Assembly (NCBI RefSeq): GCF_004010195.1
Contig: NC_057750.1
Location: 11,569,144-11,633,143 of the forward strand
From: Chiloscyllium plagiosum
Taxonomy: Eukaryota
Direction: 5' to 3'
DNA: 64,000 nucleotides
A program made the translations under genes and the position numbers. A model generated the notes under the pieces. That model was given only the letters and a program-made list of their open reading frames with translations. It was not told the origin of the DNA and did not search any database. Position 1 is the stretch's first letter; every line of letters starts with the position of its first letter. This document shows positions 1 to 13,461 of the stretch, piece by piece.

Positions 1-70
1 CAGGAATCATTTCGCTGCTCCTTGGATGCTGCCTGAACTACTGTGCTCTTCCAGCACCACTAATCCAGAA
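1..70 (+). mobile_element. Penelope-like family A arm, cut by the window edge
   Basis: GGATGCTGCCTGAAC..TGTGCTCTTCCAGCACCAC matches the other family A copies. Confidence 0.7.
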
Positions 71-499
71 ATTAATATTAAATCTGGCTAACAGCACCTC
101 AAAGTTCAGCACTCTCTCAGGTCTGATGAATTTGCCAGATTGTGTGCTAAAGTCCCCAAGAAGTGCACAAAGTGGTGCAACTATTGAGACACAATGGACG
201 AGGAACCATTACTGAGCTGTACTAAGTTAGTCTACTTCAGCTGAAAACATGGAAGATGGATCTTGGTGCATTTGGAATCAGAAACGAGTTAACATTTCTG
301 CTTTACATCACACTCTGAGCCTCTTGCTACAAAAATGGTGCATGTGAGGAGGCTGGACTGCAATGCATTACAAAACCAGGGCTCAATAAATTTATTCCTC
401 AGGCTAATCTTGAGATTTTTTTGGAGATAACATTTTGGTTTTCAGGGGCTCCTTTTGTCAGTCTCTATCTCATTCAATCAGTGGTGCAGGCAATTAGTA

Positions 500-702
500 A
501 CAAGGTCAGAAGTCACACGACACCAGGTTATAGTCCAACAGATTTATCAGAAATCACAAACTTTTGTAGTGCTACCCCTTCATCAGGTGAATTCCCCTCA
601 TGAAGGGAACAGCGCTCCGAAACCTTGTCATTTCAAATAAACCTGCTGGGTAACCTCTGACCTTGTCCACCCCAGTCCAACATCAGCCACCTCCACATCA
701 TG
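500..702. mobile_element. Penelope-like family B fold-back element with degenerate hammerheads
   Basis: Inverted arms CACCAGGTTATAGTCCAAC...CTTCATCAGGTG / CATGAAGG...AAATAAACCTG, plus the CCCCAGTCCAAC tail. Confidence 0.75.
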
Positions 703-870
703 GTTAGATTTAGTGACAATACCTACTGCATTTGAGTTGATATACAGAGGATTTAGATTCTCACAGAGGCAGTTGGAGAATTCCTCAATATTTTCAATAA
801 CTATCACTGCTCCATTAAACTTAAAATCACAACACATAAGAAAAGCTTTAATTTCCTCAGTAACATAGGA
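703..870 (+). mobile_element. Old Penelope-like RT fragment
   Basis: VRFSDNTYCI*...EFLNIFNNYHCSIKLK...SFNFL resembles RYIDD..IW...FNxxHPSIKF...INFLD. Confidence 0.5.
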
Positions 871-1165
871 TTTACATAAGCACAAGTTCTTGATGTAAGT
901 TAGCAACTAGTACTTTGAAAGTATATGATGTGAACTTGGTACCTGCTGTCTAGTTATGTCTATTTACCTCTTCCCTAATAAACATTCCCCACCCCACCCC
1001 CCTAATTAAATTTTCCCTGGTAAGTGGGAGATTTCAGGGGAGAATTTGCCCACCATTTCCATGCATTCTGAGCCCCAGTCAACACCATATAGCTCACTGA
1101 AATGAGAAGAGCAGAATTGAGTGTGAGATCGCAGCTTCTCATTGTTTATTTTTCTGCTATTCCAG

Positions 1166-1267
1166 CTCCAGTACCTGCCTCAACTAACGAGCAGCAACAT
1201 CTCACCAGCACCTGAGCCCAAGAAGTATCACCGGCACAAGAATGACCATCACTTGCCCAACATCTGA
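1166..1267 (+). CDS. Possible terminal coding exon of an upstream gene, product unknown
   Basis: Polypyrimidine tract and ttccag| acceptor, then LQYLPQLTSSNISPAPEPKKYHRHKNDHHLPNI* in non-repetitive sequence. No homology recognised. Confidence 0.25.
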   Translation, partial: LQYLPQLTSSNISPAPEPKKYHRHKNDHHLPNI

Positions 1268-4144
1268 CTATATGGCAGCAAAAGCCAGCGAACCCAGCCA
1301 AACACCCACCTGCACTTCCACAACTTCCCCAACAAGTGGAACCCCTGACGGAATACTTCCAAACCCACACTGCATTTACAGGGACCGGGCCATTCAATAG
1401 ATAGGGGTTTAAGGAGGGGTTTTGGGCTGGACAGGGACTTGTGTTCTTAATTTGGCACCATATTTGTGCAGGGGGTCCAGCCCCCACATGAATGCCAGTT
1501 CTATCAAGTAATGCGACAGGCCCATGCTAATATTGCAATGTTTGGTGGAGACTGTCCAGTAAATAATAATACCCATCAGCCAGGTTCTCTTAAATATATG
1601 AAGATACCTGAGATATGCAGTCATTTGTACATTATGCTGGTTTGCAAATTATTTTTATTGGCCAGTAAATCCACAGTGGTAGTTTTCTAGTCGATTGAGG
1701 AGTTGACACTTCAGAAACACATGCCACCTATTGGCCAGAACCTACCATTACAGTGACTGTTCCCACAGCAAAATTGAACAAGAAATATTGACATAGCAAT
1801 TCACATTGGGAAATGTTGGCTGAAAATTGTGACCAAAAATCATAACAGAAGGAAGTAAGCTTTTACGGACAATAAGTGCCTTACATTCTTACATCCTCTG
1901 TATGATTTTAAGACAACCAAAACAATAGTTGTCTCCAGAATAATGTCATTAATGTATGCACATAATCTGTGAGTACATGCCATGGGAGGGGTCACCTTTC
2001 TCTCTTGTCTGAAGCCTGAGCATCTATTCAACTTCCAGAATATCCCAGGTACATTCTGTCTCTGCTGGGTTTGCATGGATGACAGATGTGGTTTCAACTC
2101 CTTCATTGCAGGATTTGAATTGAAACCTATTTCTCCAACCAGAATTTAAATCTGGATAATATCCTATTATATGGCTGTTTATTTCTACAAGTGACAGCTA
2201 TAATGATTTGAAATGTACAGTAGTTATTCATTCTATTCACACACATCATTTTTGTCCAATATTAGACATTGTGTCTCATTTGAACACTGAAGAGATCAAT
2301 GAGATGAAACTAACCTAATTTCCTAAAGTGGGGACCTCAAGTGGTTAGGAATTAATGCAAAATCCTTCGCAGCTGGAGAAGTGATATTGACGTGTGGGAC
2401 AGGGAAGATGTTGATGGCAAATCATTGATCTTTGGGACAGCAAATAAGGATTACATTTCCCTTGCAACTGCTGGCTTTCAAGCACAGTGCTTTGAAGAAG
2501 CATATTTTCTTACTGAGACTGTTTGTTTATATGGAAGCAGAGTGTAGCTTCATTTGGCAACTGGCACAATTCCTTAGGCCTGCTGCCAAGCAACAGACCA
2601 ATAAAACAATAAAGAGGCAGTTAGATCTAGATGGTTACAAAACAGGACAAGGTTGGGTTAAGACCCTTCAATCTTGACTTCCCCATTAAATAAGAACCTA
2701 AACCTAAACTCATCTCCACCATCATTCAACTGTTGAGTGACTCCTGGGCCACTGATCCAACAAGGACAAAGAAAATTGTGGGATAGATTAGACATTAAAT
2801 GAATGTCATTGGTTCTACTGGCTTAGATTATTTGTTGTGTTCAAAATGACTGAGGGTTACTCTGGAGCTTGAGCTTCATTGTAGCTCCTGGTTTATTTAA
2901 TAATGTATTCCACTGAGATTGGAATTATGCATATAAAAGAAACAGCCTTTGTCCAGGGCAAGGTTCCACACTTCATTCCTGTTAGTGAGTGGGAAGATGG
3001 ACCCTCACTCCTCATCTAGTACAACTGTTTGATTTGCTTGCCACAAGTGAGAGATCATGCTGTGTGTAAATGTATGCCATGTTTCCTATATTATGATAGA
3101 GACTACATTTTAAAAGTACTTATTTGATTGTTAAGCACTTTAGGGCATTGAGGTTTTGAAAAGGAATGTATAAATACAGTTTATAAAACACTTTATCTTA
3201 CAATCATGTTCATTCAGTCTGTCTCCTTATTTAACATTAAGGGAGAGTTCTGTACATCATAACATGTTATAAACAGATGTTAGGAGGTGACAGCATCTCT
3301 CAGTAACCTCTAAAACTGCACCTTGCCAATGGCCAGTACCTTGGTAACAAGAGACATGCCAGTAACTGTGCAAGTACCTCACATTTCAAAACTGTGAAAC
3401 AATTAAGGAATTGAATTTTTTTAAACTATTTCTCTTTACCCAATCGTACACTCTGACACTGTGAAAGCTGAACTTCTTGATTGGATTATTCACTGTTCAC
3501 TGTTCTTTATTATTATAGTTGTCAATCTTCTAGGATCATCTTGGCATCTCCAGAGATTGCTGGACACTACCATGAAAAATCTAAAAGAAACATTGTTTAC
3601 ATTTTTTAAACAGTTTACATTGAACACTTTCTTTTCGCTGAGATGGAAAAACGACTGTTTGACTGGGTAGGGCAGTTGGATGTGGGGGTCATATGATTTA
3701 AATCTCCAGAAATACATCTATCCTGAGTTGGGAGCTCTAACTCCTGTTGTATAGTCCTGGAGACTCGGCATTTAGAATGCAGCAGTCTCCTTGATTTCAG
3801 ACGAAAACATTAAATCCCACATAAGTAAAAGTAAAATCTTTGGTGCAAGAGAATGTGAGGAAGCTTCGGAATTCTGGGTGTGCATGAATTTGGGTGTTTG
3901 CATGATTCCTAAACTGGGGAGCAGCATACCACATTGATAAGAGGGTCAAGGATCCCTGTAATCTGAGGCAGATGGTAGATGGCTTTTGGGTAACGTTATT
4001 CAATCAGATCTACTCCCTGCAGTCCTGCATGTGTTTTTCTTCTCTTTTTCGTTTAAGTACATATTCAATTCCCTTTTGCAAGTCATTGCTGTGTAGTCTA
4101 GTACTGACCAATAATCCAAGTTGCTGATAAGCAGGATGCATCAA

Positions 4145-4780
4145 CATGGCTGGTGAAGATTGATAGGATTGTTAAGAAGACATTTGGTATGTTAGTTTTT
4201 ATTGGTAGAGGGATTGAGTTTCGGAGCCACGAGGTTATGTTGCAGCTGTACAAAACTGTGGTGTGGCTGCACTTGGAGTATTGTGTACAGTTCTGGTCAC
4301 CGCATAGTAGGAAGGATGTGGAAGCTTTGGAAAGGGTGCAGAGGAGATTTACTAGGATTTTACCTGGTATAGAGGGAAGGTCTTATAAGGAAAGGCTGAG
4401 GGACTTGAGGCTGTTTTCTTTAGAAGAAAGTTGAGAGGTGACTTAATTGCCACATATAAGATAATCAGAGGGTTAGGGTGGACAGTGAGAGCCTTTTTCC
4501 TCAGTGATGGCTGGCACAAGGGGACATAGTTTTACATTGAGGGGTAATAGATATAGGACAGATGTCAGAAGTAGTTTCTTTACTTAGAGTAGTAGGGGTG
4601 TGGAACACCCTGTCTGCAACTGCAGTAGACTCGCCAACTTTAAGGGCATTTAAATAGTCATTGGATAAATATACGAATTAATATGTAATAGTGTAGGATA
4701 GATAGCTTCAGATTGGTTCCACAGGTTGGCACAACATCGAGGGCCAAAGGGCCTGTACTGCACTGTAATGCTCTATGTTC
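4145..4780 (+). mobile_element. CR1 LINE 3' fragment
   Basis: LYKTVVWLHLEYCVQFWSPH...LERVQRRFTR, followed by a CR1 3'UTR. Confidence 0.9.
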
Positions 4781-5300
4781 GTGAATACACACCTTTTGAC
4801 AAAGACCTATCCCTCAGCCATATCTAATATATCTTTAATAATAAAGCAGAGAGGAGTAGGAGGTCCTAATGAGTCATTAGTATATTCTTCCCAGATAAAG
4901 GTAAAAAAGTAATTATCACTCAGTCACAGCAGGTTTTTTGAGATGAAGCATATTTGACAAGTTCCCTCTCCCACATATACTGCATTATATCATTGATATG
5001 CTACATGGATTGTTGATGAATTGTGAGCCTTCAACCAAACAGGTGACTGATGGCTTTGTGAAGCTGGATCCAACCTATTTTGTGAACATGTGAATGGCTG
5101 ATCTTGAAACCTGGCTGATCTAATCTTGGATGTCATGTGTCTCAAATTGGGTGGATCCTCTCCCAGGTAATCCTTACTCCTGCTCCTCCTGGAGACAACT
5201 AGTGACTAAGGTTTCTTTGTCAAAAGAATGGCTCATTGGTAGTGTCCCATCTCTGAGCCACAAGGCCCTGTTCAAGTCCCACCGGCTACAAAGGTTTTTT

Positions 5301-5608
5301 TAGATTACTTACAGTGTGGAAACAGGCCCTTCGGCCCAACAAGTCAACACCGCCCCGCCGAAGCGCAACCCACCCATACCCCTACCTTTACCCCTTACCT
5401 AACACTACGGGCAATTTAGCATGGCCAATTCACCTGGCCTGCACATCTTTGGACTGTGGGAGGAAACCGGAGCACCCGGAGGAAACCCACGCAGACACGG
5501 GGAGAATGTGCGAAGTCCACACAGTCAGTCGCCTGAGGCGGGAATTGAACCCGGGTCTCTGGCGCTGTGAGGCAGCAGTGCTAACCACTGTGCCACCGTG
5601 CCGCCCAC
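5301..5608 (-). mobile_element. tRNA-derived V-SINE (HE1-like)
   Basis: A/B-box head, V-domain core GGGTTTCCTCCGGGTGCTCCGGTTTCCTCCCAC, CR1-like tail. Confidence 0.92.
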
Positions 5609-5759
5609 ACGGTGTGTTATATCTAAATTAAAAATATTTACATACATCAAAATCCCAGCCCTGGAGGGCCCAGGAAGATTCTAAATACTATATCTATTTC
5701 TTCAATTTTGTTTTATGTGCAAGAGTCTCCTTGAACTACAGAGATCATTTGGGCTTAAG

Positions 5760-6065
5760 CGGGGACGCAATGGCCTAGTGGTATTATCACTAGACTGTTA
5801 AACCAGATGCTCAGGTAATGTTCTGGGAATCTGGGTTTGAATCCCACCATGAGTTTGATTACCATGAATTATTGATTTTCAGGGAAACCCCATCTGGTTT
5901 GCTAATATGTCCTTTTAGAGAAGGAAGTTCTCATCCTTGCTTGGTTTGGTATACATGTGACTCCAGACGCACAGCAATGTGATTGCCTCTCAACTGCCGT
6001 CTGGGTAATTAGGGATAGACAGTAAATACTGTCCTAGCCAGCAATGCCCACATCCTACGAAAAAT
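5760..6065 (+). mobile_element. Second tRNA-derived SINE family
   Basis: TGGCCTAGTGG / GGTTTGAATCCC head. Tail is shared with the LINE ending at ~14320. Other copies at 11228, 19042 and 57660. Confidence 0.75.
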
Positions 6066-6639
6066 TTTTCATCCCAATTCCATTCTTTTCCTCTGGTTTA
6101 GTGCTAGAAACGATTAACCTTTCCTGCTAATTAATAAGGGAACGGTTAAGGAATCACCTTAGTAGGGGTTTAAAAAAAGACTGAACGGGCACTTATTCCA
6201 TTGGCCATTATGGAAAGTGCTAAGACTTCCTTTTGGTGACTGCTGAGCAGCAGAGCCATTGCAAGCTTACCACTGACACCATAAGGCTGTTGGATGTTAC
6301 TGCAGTTACTTTCATCAGAAGGTGGACAATGATTGATAATGTATCAAAAGAGAGTTGATGCTGGAAATCTGAAACAAAACTGGGGAATCCAGGAGTCACG
6401 CAGCAGGTTAACAGTTCGAGTGCCTGTAAATGTGGCAGAAGAAAGGCACTTAGCATTGAAATCAGAGTGTGCCCAGTGCCCCCTTCAATGACCAATCTAA
6501 GAACCATCTTTTGTTTGATTAAAAGTTGTAATGTAACAAAAGAACAAAGCTCACTAATTTTATTCAAGAACACGTTCACACCTTGAAATCCGGCCCTCTT
6601 TGCCGAATTTACAGTTAAAAATGTCTAAATTGTAGCTTA

Positions 6640-7047
6640 GGTAATGTGCCTATTTTTGATTCAGAAAAGTGTAGGTTTTAAATCACACTGTGAAGGAATG
6701 CTGCACTCTCAGAGGTGTAATCTTTCAGATGCAAGTCAAATTAAGGCCCTATTTGCCCTCAGTCATATGTCAGAGAAAGATCCCATGCTGCAACTGTTCT
6801 CCATAATGACCAAGGCAATATTTAGCCCTCAACCTCAACCACAAACGCCAGCATATCTATTCGCTATTACATTGTTTCTGGGAATTTGCTGTGTAGATAA
6901 GCTGTATATGTCCAAAACCTGATGTCGTTTGATTTTTGATTATGTTCTAACTCACAGCAGTAAATGTACTTCAATATTATTTTTGTTGTAAAGTGACTTG
7001 GATATTCTAAAACTGCGAAAGATGCTGTCTAAATGCAAGTCTTTCTT
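6640..7047 (+). mobile_element. Degenerate DeuSINE-like element
   Basis: TGCTGCACT..CAGAGGTG..TCTTTCAGATG, AAAGATCCCATG and AAATGCAAGTCTTTC resemble the Deu-domain SINE consensus as recalled. Confidence 0.55.
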
Positions 7048-8100
7048 GATGGTCACTCTATCATCAAAGCCCCAGCACAGGTAAAATATTCTTAAATGGT
7101 AAAACTCAAAAAAGAACAGACAGCCACATGCGAATATACAACTAAATGTTTACAATATCTGTCCTGGATTAGGAAGTTAGTTGTAAGACCATTCTTTTTG
7201 GGCTCTGGACTTAAAAATGGGGTAAAGAACTGCTTTAAACAAAAGATATTGTGGAAGACATTCCATTTTTTTAAAAACGAGTTATTGGATGTGTATTCCG
7301 GGTAGTTAAGCCCAGTGATGAACTTTTGATTCGTTTTTCAACTGACCAGTTGTGTGTTCAAGAATGTTCAGCATAGGAACCAACTAAGAAATTACTGGCC
7401 AAATGGCTACAGCTTTGTGTTTAGACAATACAGCTGAAATATCTACTCTGTGAAGGACAAAATATTTATCTTGTTCTTTGAGAGTGGAGAAATAAAATAA
7501 ATTCCCAAGCAGCTAGCTACTCTCTGCAAATTCGCTTCCTGAAATAGGAAATCACCTTCAAAGATGTTGAAAAGGCCAATTCCCAACTGGCGAATGAAAG
7601 ATTGAGAACTGACATGTTCACAATTTTGTGTCCTTATCAAAGATTTGAAAAGAACCAGAGAAGAAGAAAAACATCTCTCTGATGCCTGTACTCCAGACTG
7701 GTGCTAGGACTGGGCTTCACTGAATTTTTCTTTGTTCTTTCCCAAACCCATATTATTAGTGTTTTGACCTGACTCTGTGTGTCTGCTTGTATGTATACGG
7801 AATATTTGAAAAAGGGATCGAGTTTGTTACAGAGAATTATAAGTTATAAGCTTGTATTTCTTTTCTGGAATTGATTAAAACAATAAATAGCTGTTTTCTT
7901 GTATAAAAACACATAAGCATAGATGATTGTTTTCTTTTAACATGGATCCATCACTCAGATAAATTGTGGACTTTAGATAGTTTGAATAAATCATTTCACA
8001 TTTGTGACAACCCCAAGCATTGTAGTGCATGATTTCCAGTGTACTCAGAGTCAGAGTCTTACAGCATGGAAACGGACCCTTCAGTCCAACTTATCCATGC

Positions 8101-8760
8101 TGTTATAGACCAGGCCAGACCCCCCTCAAAACATTTCAAGAAGGTAGCCCAGAAACTAGCTTTTCAGGTGTAAAGTGGATATTCCAGGAGTGATGCAGCT
8201 GGTCAAAACCCCTTAGTTTTAAACAAACAGAATTTATTCAGAGTACCGAATGAAACACAAACAAAAGAAAACAGAACAGAGAATAACTTAACCTATCCAA
8301 AAACCCAACAGACTATCCCAACTTAATGATGCCATTCCAAATTCTTGCAATAGTGCCCATAAACACCCTTGGCAAAAAGGCAAAATCAGATACAGGTTCT
8401 TACAGGAGAGAGAAATGGCAGAGAGATTCAGCATGGAACTCCTTCTTCTATGTTGCTGTTTCTTTTTGAATTCCCAGCTAACAATAACCAGCAGTTCCAA
8501 AAATACTAAAACCAAAATTGCTAAATCCAAACCAAAACCAAACCAAAGAAAAGCTGAGTTGAGAGAACTGGCAACTCCCCTTTCGTTGTACAATGTTTTT
8601 TAAAACTTGAAAGCCTTTTGCCAGAAGCAATATCTGTTAGCCATAATCAAATTGGCACTAAAACCCATACAAACCAGACATCCAGGAACCTCTGCGTTTA
8701 CAATCACTCAGAAAACACCAAGGACAATATAACCTTGCTAAAAGGAACCACAGCAACACA
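8101..8760 (-). mobile_element. Solo LTR (family LTR-A)
   Basis: TG...CA termini and a 4-bp TSD ATGC (8097-8100 / 8761-8764). Interrupts a CR1 3' end. A second copy is split at 37478/44850. Confidence 0.85.
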
Positions 8761-9195
8761 ATGCCAACCAAGTTTCCCAAACCAAACTAGTCTCATTACC
8801 AGCATGTGGCCTATATCCCTCTAAACTTTTCCTATTCGTGTACCTGTCCAAATATTTTTCAAATGTTGCAACCATACCTGTATCTACCACTTTCTCTAGC
8901 AGTTCATTTCACACACGATCCACCTGCAGGTCCCTTTTAAATCTTTCTCCTCTCACCTTAAAAACATTTTGAATTTCCCTACCCTAGGGAAAAGACCTTT
9001 GCTATTCATCTCATCAACGCCCCTCATGATTTTATAAACCTCTGTAAGGTCACCCCTCAAACTCCTACACTCTAATGAATGAAGTCTCAGCCTCTCCTTA
9101 TAACTCAAACTCTCCTGTCCCAGTAACATCTTGGAAATCTTTTCGGAACCTTCTCCAATTTATAATATCCATAATATCACTGGGCAACCAGAACC
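8761..9195 (-). mobile_element. CR1 LINE 3' fragment (continues at 8050-8100)
   Basis: Reverse-complement match to the other CR1 3' ends. Confidence 0.85.
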
Positions 9196-9939
9196 AGAAC
9201 CAGTCATGGCATATTTAAGCAGTGAATCATTCTGTAAGCTTAATGTGCATGAAACAGTAATCTAAAGAACAGGTGAGTGCACAAGTTAACATGTTATGCT
9301 TTTCTTATTTCTCTGTTCAAAGATCATTGCAGTCACCATGCTTTTGAATAAGTGTACAGAATTATTGTGTTGCATGAACAAATATTTATGACTGCTCCCA
9401 ACCTCATTCCCGTTTTTGTACATACTTCATTAGATACTGTTTAAATTACTTAGGAAACCACTCATTTTTAATTCTTTGCTAATTATGAGTCTGTTCTCAT
9501 TCAGATTAAAAATCCAGTTATGCTTGAGGAGGAAGCAACCAGGGACACTTGAGAATTTTGTTGTGTGAAACTATTGGGTGCATGTACACACATCTTGTCT
9601 TTAGAAAAGTCCTTCCATGAGTGTAACTTGTTCTGTCAGTTTATAGGAGCAACTTTGGTTAACAGCGCTTTTTTTTACAGATTCCGTTGCCTCTTTTGTA
9701 TTTTTATTATTATCAAACATTATTGTGCGAAAAGAGGGTTTTGCAACTTTTTTAAAAAATTGTCTATGTCAAATTATCAGCATTTTTCAGTAAGGTGACT
9801 AAAGGTGGGCTGTGACAGTGTGATCAAGTGGCAGTTGCACAACCTACTTTTGATGCTAAGGTTGTGCTCTTGGGGCCACTCAGCTCCTGACCTCATTACA
9901 ATCTTAATCTAAACAAAGATAAAAGAGCTGACTCCAGAG

Positions 9940-11175
9940 ATAGAGTCGTAGAAACATACGGCACGGAAACAGACCTTCAGTCCACCTCGTCCATGCCGAT
10001 TAGATATCTAAAATTAATCTAGTCCCACTTGCCAACATTTTGCCCATATCTCTCTAAACTCTTCCTATTCATGTACCTAACCAGATACCTAGTAAATGTT
10101 CTAGTCTCCACCACTTTGGCAGCTCTTCCACACACACACACACACACACACACCAACCTCTGTGAAAACGATGCCCCTTAGGCCCTTTTTAAATCTTTCC
10201 CCTGTCACTTTAAACGTATGCCTTCTAGTGCTGGACTTCTCTACCCTTGGAAAAAGACCTTCACTCTATCCATGCGTTCATGATTTTATAGACCTCTAGA
10301 AGGTCATCCCACAGTCTCCGACACTCCAGGGAAAATAGTTCCAGCCTATTCAGCCTCTCCCTATAGCTCAAACTCTCCAACTCTGTAACATCCTTGTAAA
10401 TTGTTTCAAGTTTAACAACATCATTCCTGTGACAGGAAACCAGAACTGAATGCATATTCCTTAAGTGGCCTAACCGATGTCCTGTACAGCTGCAACATGA
10501 TGTCTCAACTCCCATACTTAATGCATTGACCAATAAAGTCGTGTACCCTGTCTACCTGTGACTCCACTTTCAAGGTACTATGAACCTGTACTTCAAGGTC
10601 TTTTCACTACCCTGTCTACCTGCGATTCCACTTTCAAGGTACTATGAACCTGTACTTCAAGGTCTCTTCACTACCCTGTCTACCTGTCACTCCACTTTCA
10701 AAGTACTATGAACCTGCACCCCAAGGACTCTTTATTTGACAACACTCTCCAAGACCTTACCATTAAGTGGATAAGTCCTACCCCCTGATTTACCCTACCA
10801 AAATGTAGCACCGGATATTTATCTATATTAAGCTCTATCCGCCACTCCTTGGCCCATCAGCCCATCTGATCAAAGTCCTGTTTTAGTCTGCGGTAACCTT
10901 CTTTGCTGTCCACTACACCACTAATTTTGGTGTCATCTGCAAATTTACTAACCAGTTCTACTTTAATATAAATGATTGGGATATAAATAATGACAAAAAG
11001 CAATGGACCCAGCACCAATCCTTGCAGCACACCGCTGGTCACAGGCCTACAGTCCGAAAAGCAATCGTCCACCACCATCCGCTGTCTCTTACATTTGAGC
11101 CAATGTTGTATCCAAATGGCTAGTTCTCCCTGTATTCCATGTGATCTAACCTGACAGCGACTGCCTTTTGCATCA
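9940..11175 (-). mobile_element. CR1 LINE RT and 3' end
   Basis: VTSGVLQGLVLGPLLFV..SKFADDTK. Contains (CA)n at ~10129-10152. Confidence 0.9.
10544..10732. repeat. 64-bp tandem triplication inside CR1
   Basis: Unit TACCCTGTCTACCTG...CAAGG starts at 10544, 10608 and 10672. Confidence 0.9.
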
Positions 11176-11227
11176 AGGGAACCTTGAAAATACAAGTCAG
11201 CAGGAATAGTGGGAAGATCTCTGTATG

Positions 11228-11580
11228 AGGGAGGTGATGGCCTAAAGGTATTACTACTGGGCTATTAATCCAAAGACCCAGATAATGTTCTGGGGATTCA
11301 GGTTTGAATCCCGCCACAGCAGGTGGTGGAATTTGAATTGAATTCAATAAAATGTCTGGAAGGAAGGATTTAATGATGACCATGAATCCATTGTTGATCG
11401 TCAGAAAAATGCATTTGGTTTATTAATGTCCTTTCTGGAGGTAACTGCCATCCTTACCTGGTCTAGCCTACATGTGACTCCAGACTCTCAGCAATGACTC
11501 TTAAATCTGGGCTATTGGGAATGGGCAATAAATGCTGCCTAGCCAGCAATACCCTCATCCTGTGAATAAATTTTTTAAAA
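11228..11580 (+). mobile_element. tRNA-derived SINE, same family as 5760
   Basis: Full-length head, body and GGCAATAAATGCTG tail. Confidence 0.8.
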
Positions 11581-11993
11581 TTGTTTAGATTTATATCAAG
11601 CACAAAGGAAGTTGGCTGTGTTTGATTAAAGTAATTAATCTCACCCCAGGACATCTGTGTAGGAGTTTTTCAGTACTGTATTGTCCTTGGCCCAAAAATC
11701 TTCAACCACTTCAGTAATGACCTTCTATCAGAAACTCTGAAGTGAGAATGACATTTCTGAATTTCCCCTCTCCCAGCTTCATAGGATGGGAGGGTGGGGG
11801 TGGGGATGGTGGCTTATCATTGACCAGCAACACTTCAGTTGATTTGATAACCAAGGTTGTTTTTGCCTACATAGGATGCTTGCAACTGAACTTTGTAGCA
11901 TGTCAGTCCCTGAATGTGACTGATATCTCAAATGGTCGCTAGAGGCTTAAAATAACCATTGGATAAAAGTACAAAGTGGCTGCATGCAGAGCT

Positions 11994-12189
11994 TAAAAAT
12001 GTGTTACTGGAAAAGTTCAGTAGGTCAGGCAGCATCTAAGGAACAGGAGAATCGACGTTTCAGGCATAAGGGCTTATGCCCGAAACGTCGATTCTCCTGT
12101 TCCTTTGATGCTGCCTGACCTGCTGCGCTTTTCCAGCAACACATTTTTAAGCTCTGATCTTCAGCATCTGCAGTCCTCACTTTCTCCTA
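11994..12189. mobile_element. Penelope-like family A fold-back element
   Basis: Inverted arms meet within hammerhead stem II. 15-bp flanking duplication GCTGCATGCAGAGCT (11979-11993 / 12190-12204). Confidence 0.85.
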
Positions 12190-13329
12190 GCTGCATGCAG
12201 AGCTCCAACTTTTGATATTTTTTATGCATAAAGCTCTTAAATTCCCTCCCTAAACCTCCACTTCTTTCTACTTGGTTAAACTATACTTATCACATAGAGA
12301 CCTGAAAGTTGTACTCTTAAGGTTGGGGCACTACAGAGGATGGAGAGAAGATTTGCAAGGATGATGCCAGCAAAAGCCGTGTACTCATATTAAGGAAGGG
12401 CTGGTTCTCCTCCCTTGGTAAAAATAGGCTGAGAGGCTTACTTAACAAACGTATTTAAAAAGTATCAAAAATTGGCCTGCGACATATTTCTGCTTTAATT
12501 CTACATTCAGATATAGGTAGAGTAATTGTCAGGATGGTGAAGAAGGTATTTGGTATACTTGCCTTCATTGATCAGTGCATTGAGTATAGGAGTTGAGATG
12601 TTGCAGCTGTACAGAACATTGGTTAGGCCACTTTTAAAATACTGCATTCAATTCTGATCTCTCTGCTTTTGGAAAGATGTTGTTAAACTCAAGAGTCATA
12701 CAACATAGAAACAGACCCTTCAGCCCAACTCATCCATGACGATCAGATATCCCAACCTAACCTAGTCCTACATGCCAGCATTTGGCCCATATCCCTCCAA
12801 ACCCTCTCTATTTATATACCCATCCAGGTCCAAAGATGGACAAAAGAGTTGAATTTCAGAAGTGAGGTGAGAGTCACTGCTCTTGACATCAAGGTCCCAT
12901 TAACAAAGTGTGGTATCAAGAAGCTCTAGCAAAACTGAATTCAACGAGAATTGGGAGGAAACTCCCAGCTGATTAAAATCATACCTGCCAGAAAGGAAGG
13001 TGATTGTGGTTGTTGGAGATCAGTCATCTCAGCTCCAGGACATCTCTGCAGAATTCCTCAAGTTCCTAATCTCCTAGACTCAATCATCTTCAGCTGTGTC
13101 TTCAATGATCCTCCTTCCATCATCAGGTCAGAAGTAGGGATGTTCACTCATGATTGCAAATATTCAGCATAATTTATGAATCCTCAAATACTGAAGCAGT
13201 CAGTGCCAAATGCAGCAAGATCTGGACAATATCCTGGTTTGAGCTGACATATGGCAATCACACTAAACAAGCGTCAGGCAATGATCATCTCCAACAAGGC
13301 AGAATCTACCCTTGACATTCAGTGGCATT

Positions 13330-13370
13330 CTGGATCAGTGGTGCTGGAAGAGCACAGCAATTCAGGCAGA
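13330..13370 (-). mobile_element. 41-bp truncated family A insertion
   Basis: 11-bp TSD TCAGTGGCATT (13319-13329 / 13371-13381). Confidence 0.7.
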
Positions 13371-13461
13371 TCAGTGGCATTACCATCAATGAATTCTCCT
13401 GCTATCAATACTCTTGGGTTATCGTCAACCACTGTGGCTTTAAGAGTATGTCAGAGGCTAG

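Noticed and set aside
628..906. - strand ORF containing YVTEEIK and SNAVG, reminiscent of a later SLC7A exon
   Set aside because: The opposite strand matches Penelope RT motifs over a longer stretch, and the flanking SLC7A residues (GW..LN, NPER) and splice sites are absent.
5314..5631. Recurrent ORFs (MWKQALRPNK..., CGAGKAQQVRQHP...) as a gene family
   Set aside because: They are translations of V-SINE and family A repeats.
7180..8010. Another solo LTR (TG...CA with AATAAA)
   Set aside because: No target duplication or second copy could be found, so boundaries are unsupported.
11994..12189. Hairpin elements as MITEs or miRNA precursors
   Set aside because: Asymmetric arms, variable-length TSDs, truncated solo copies and linkage of the analogous family B to a Penelope RT fit retroelements better.
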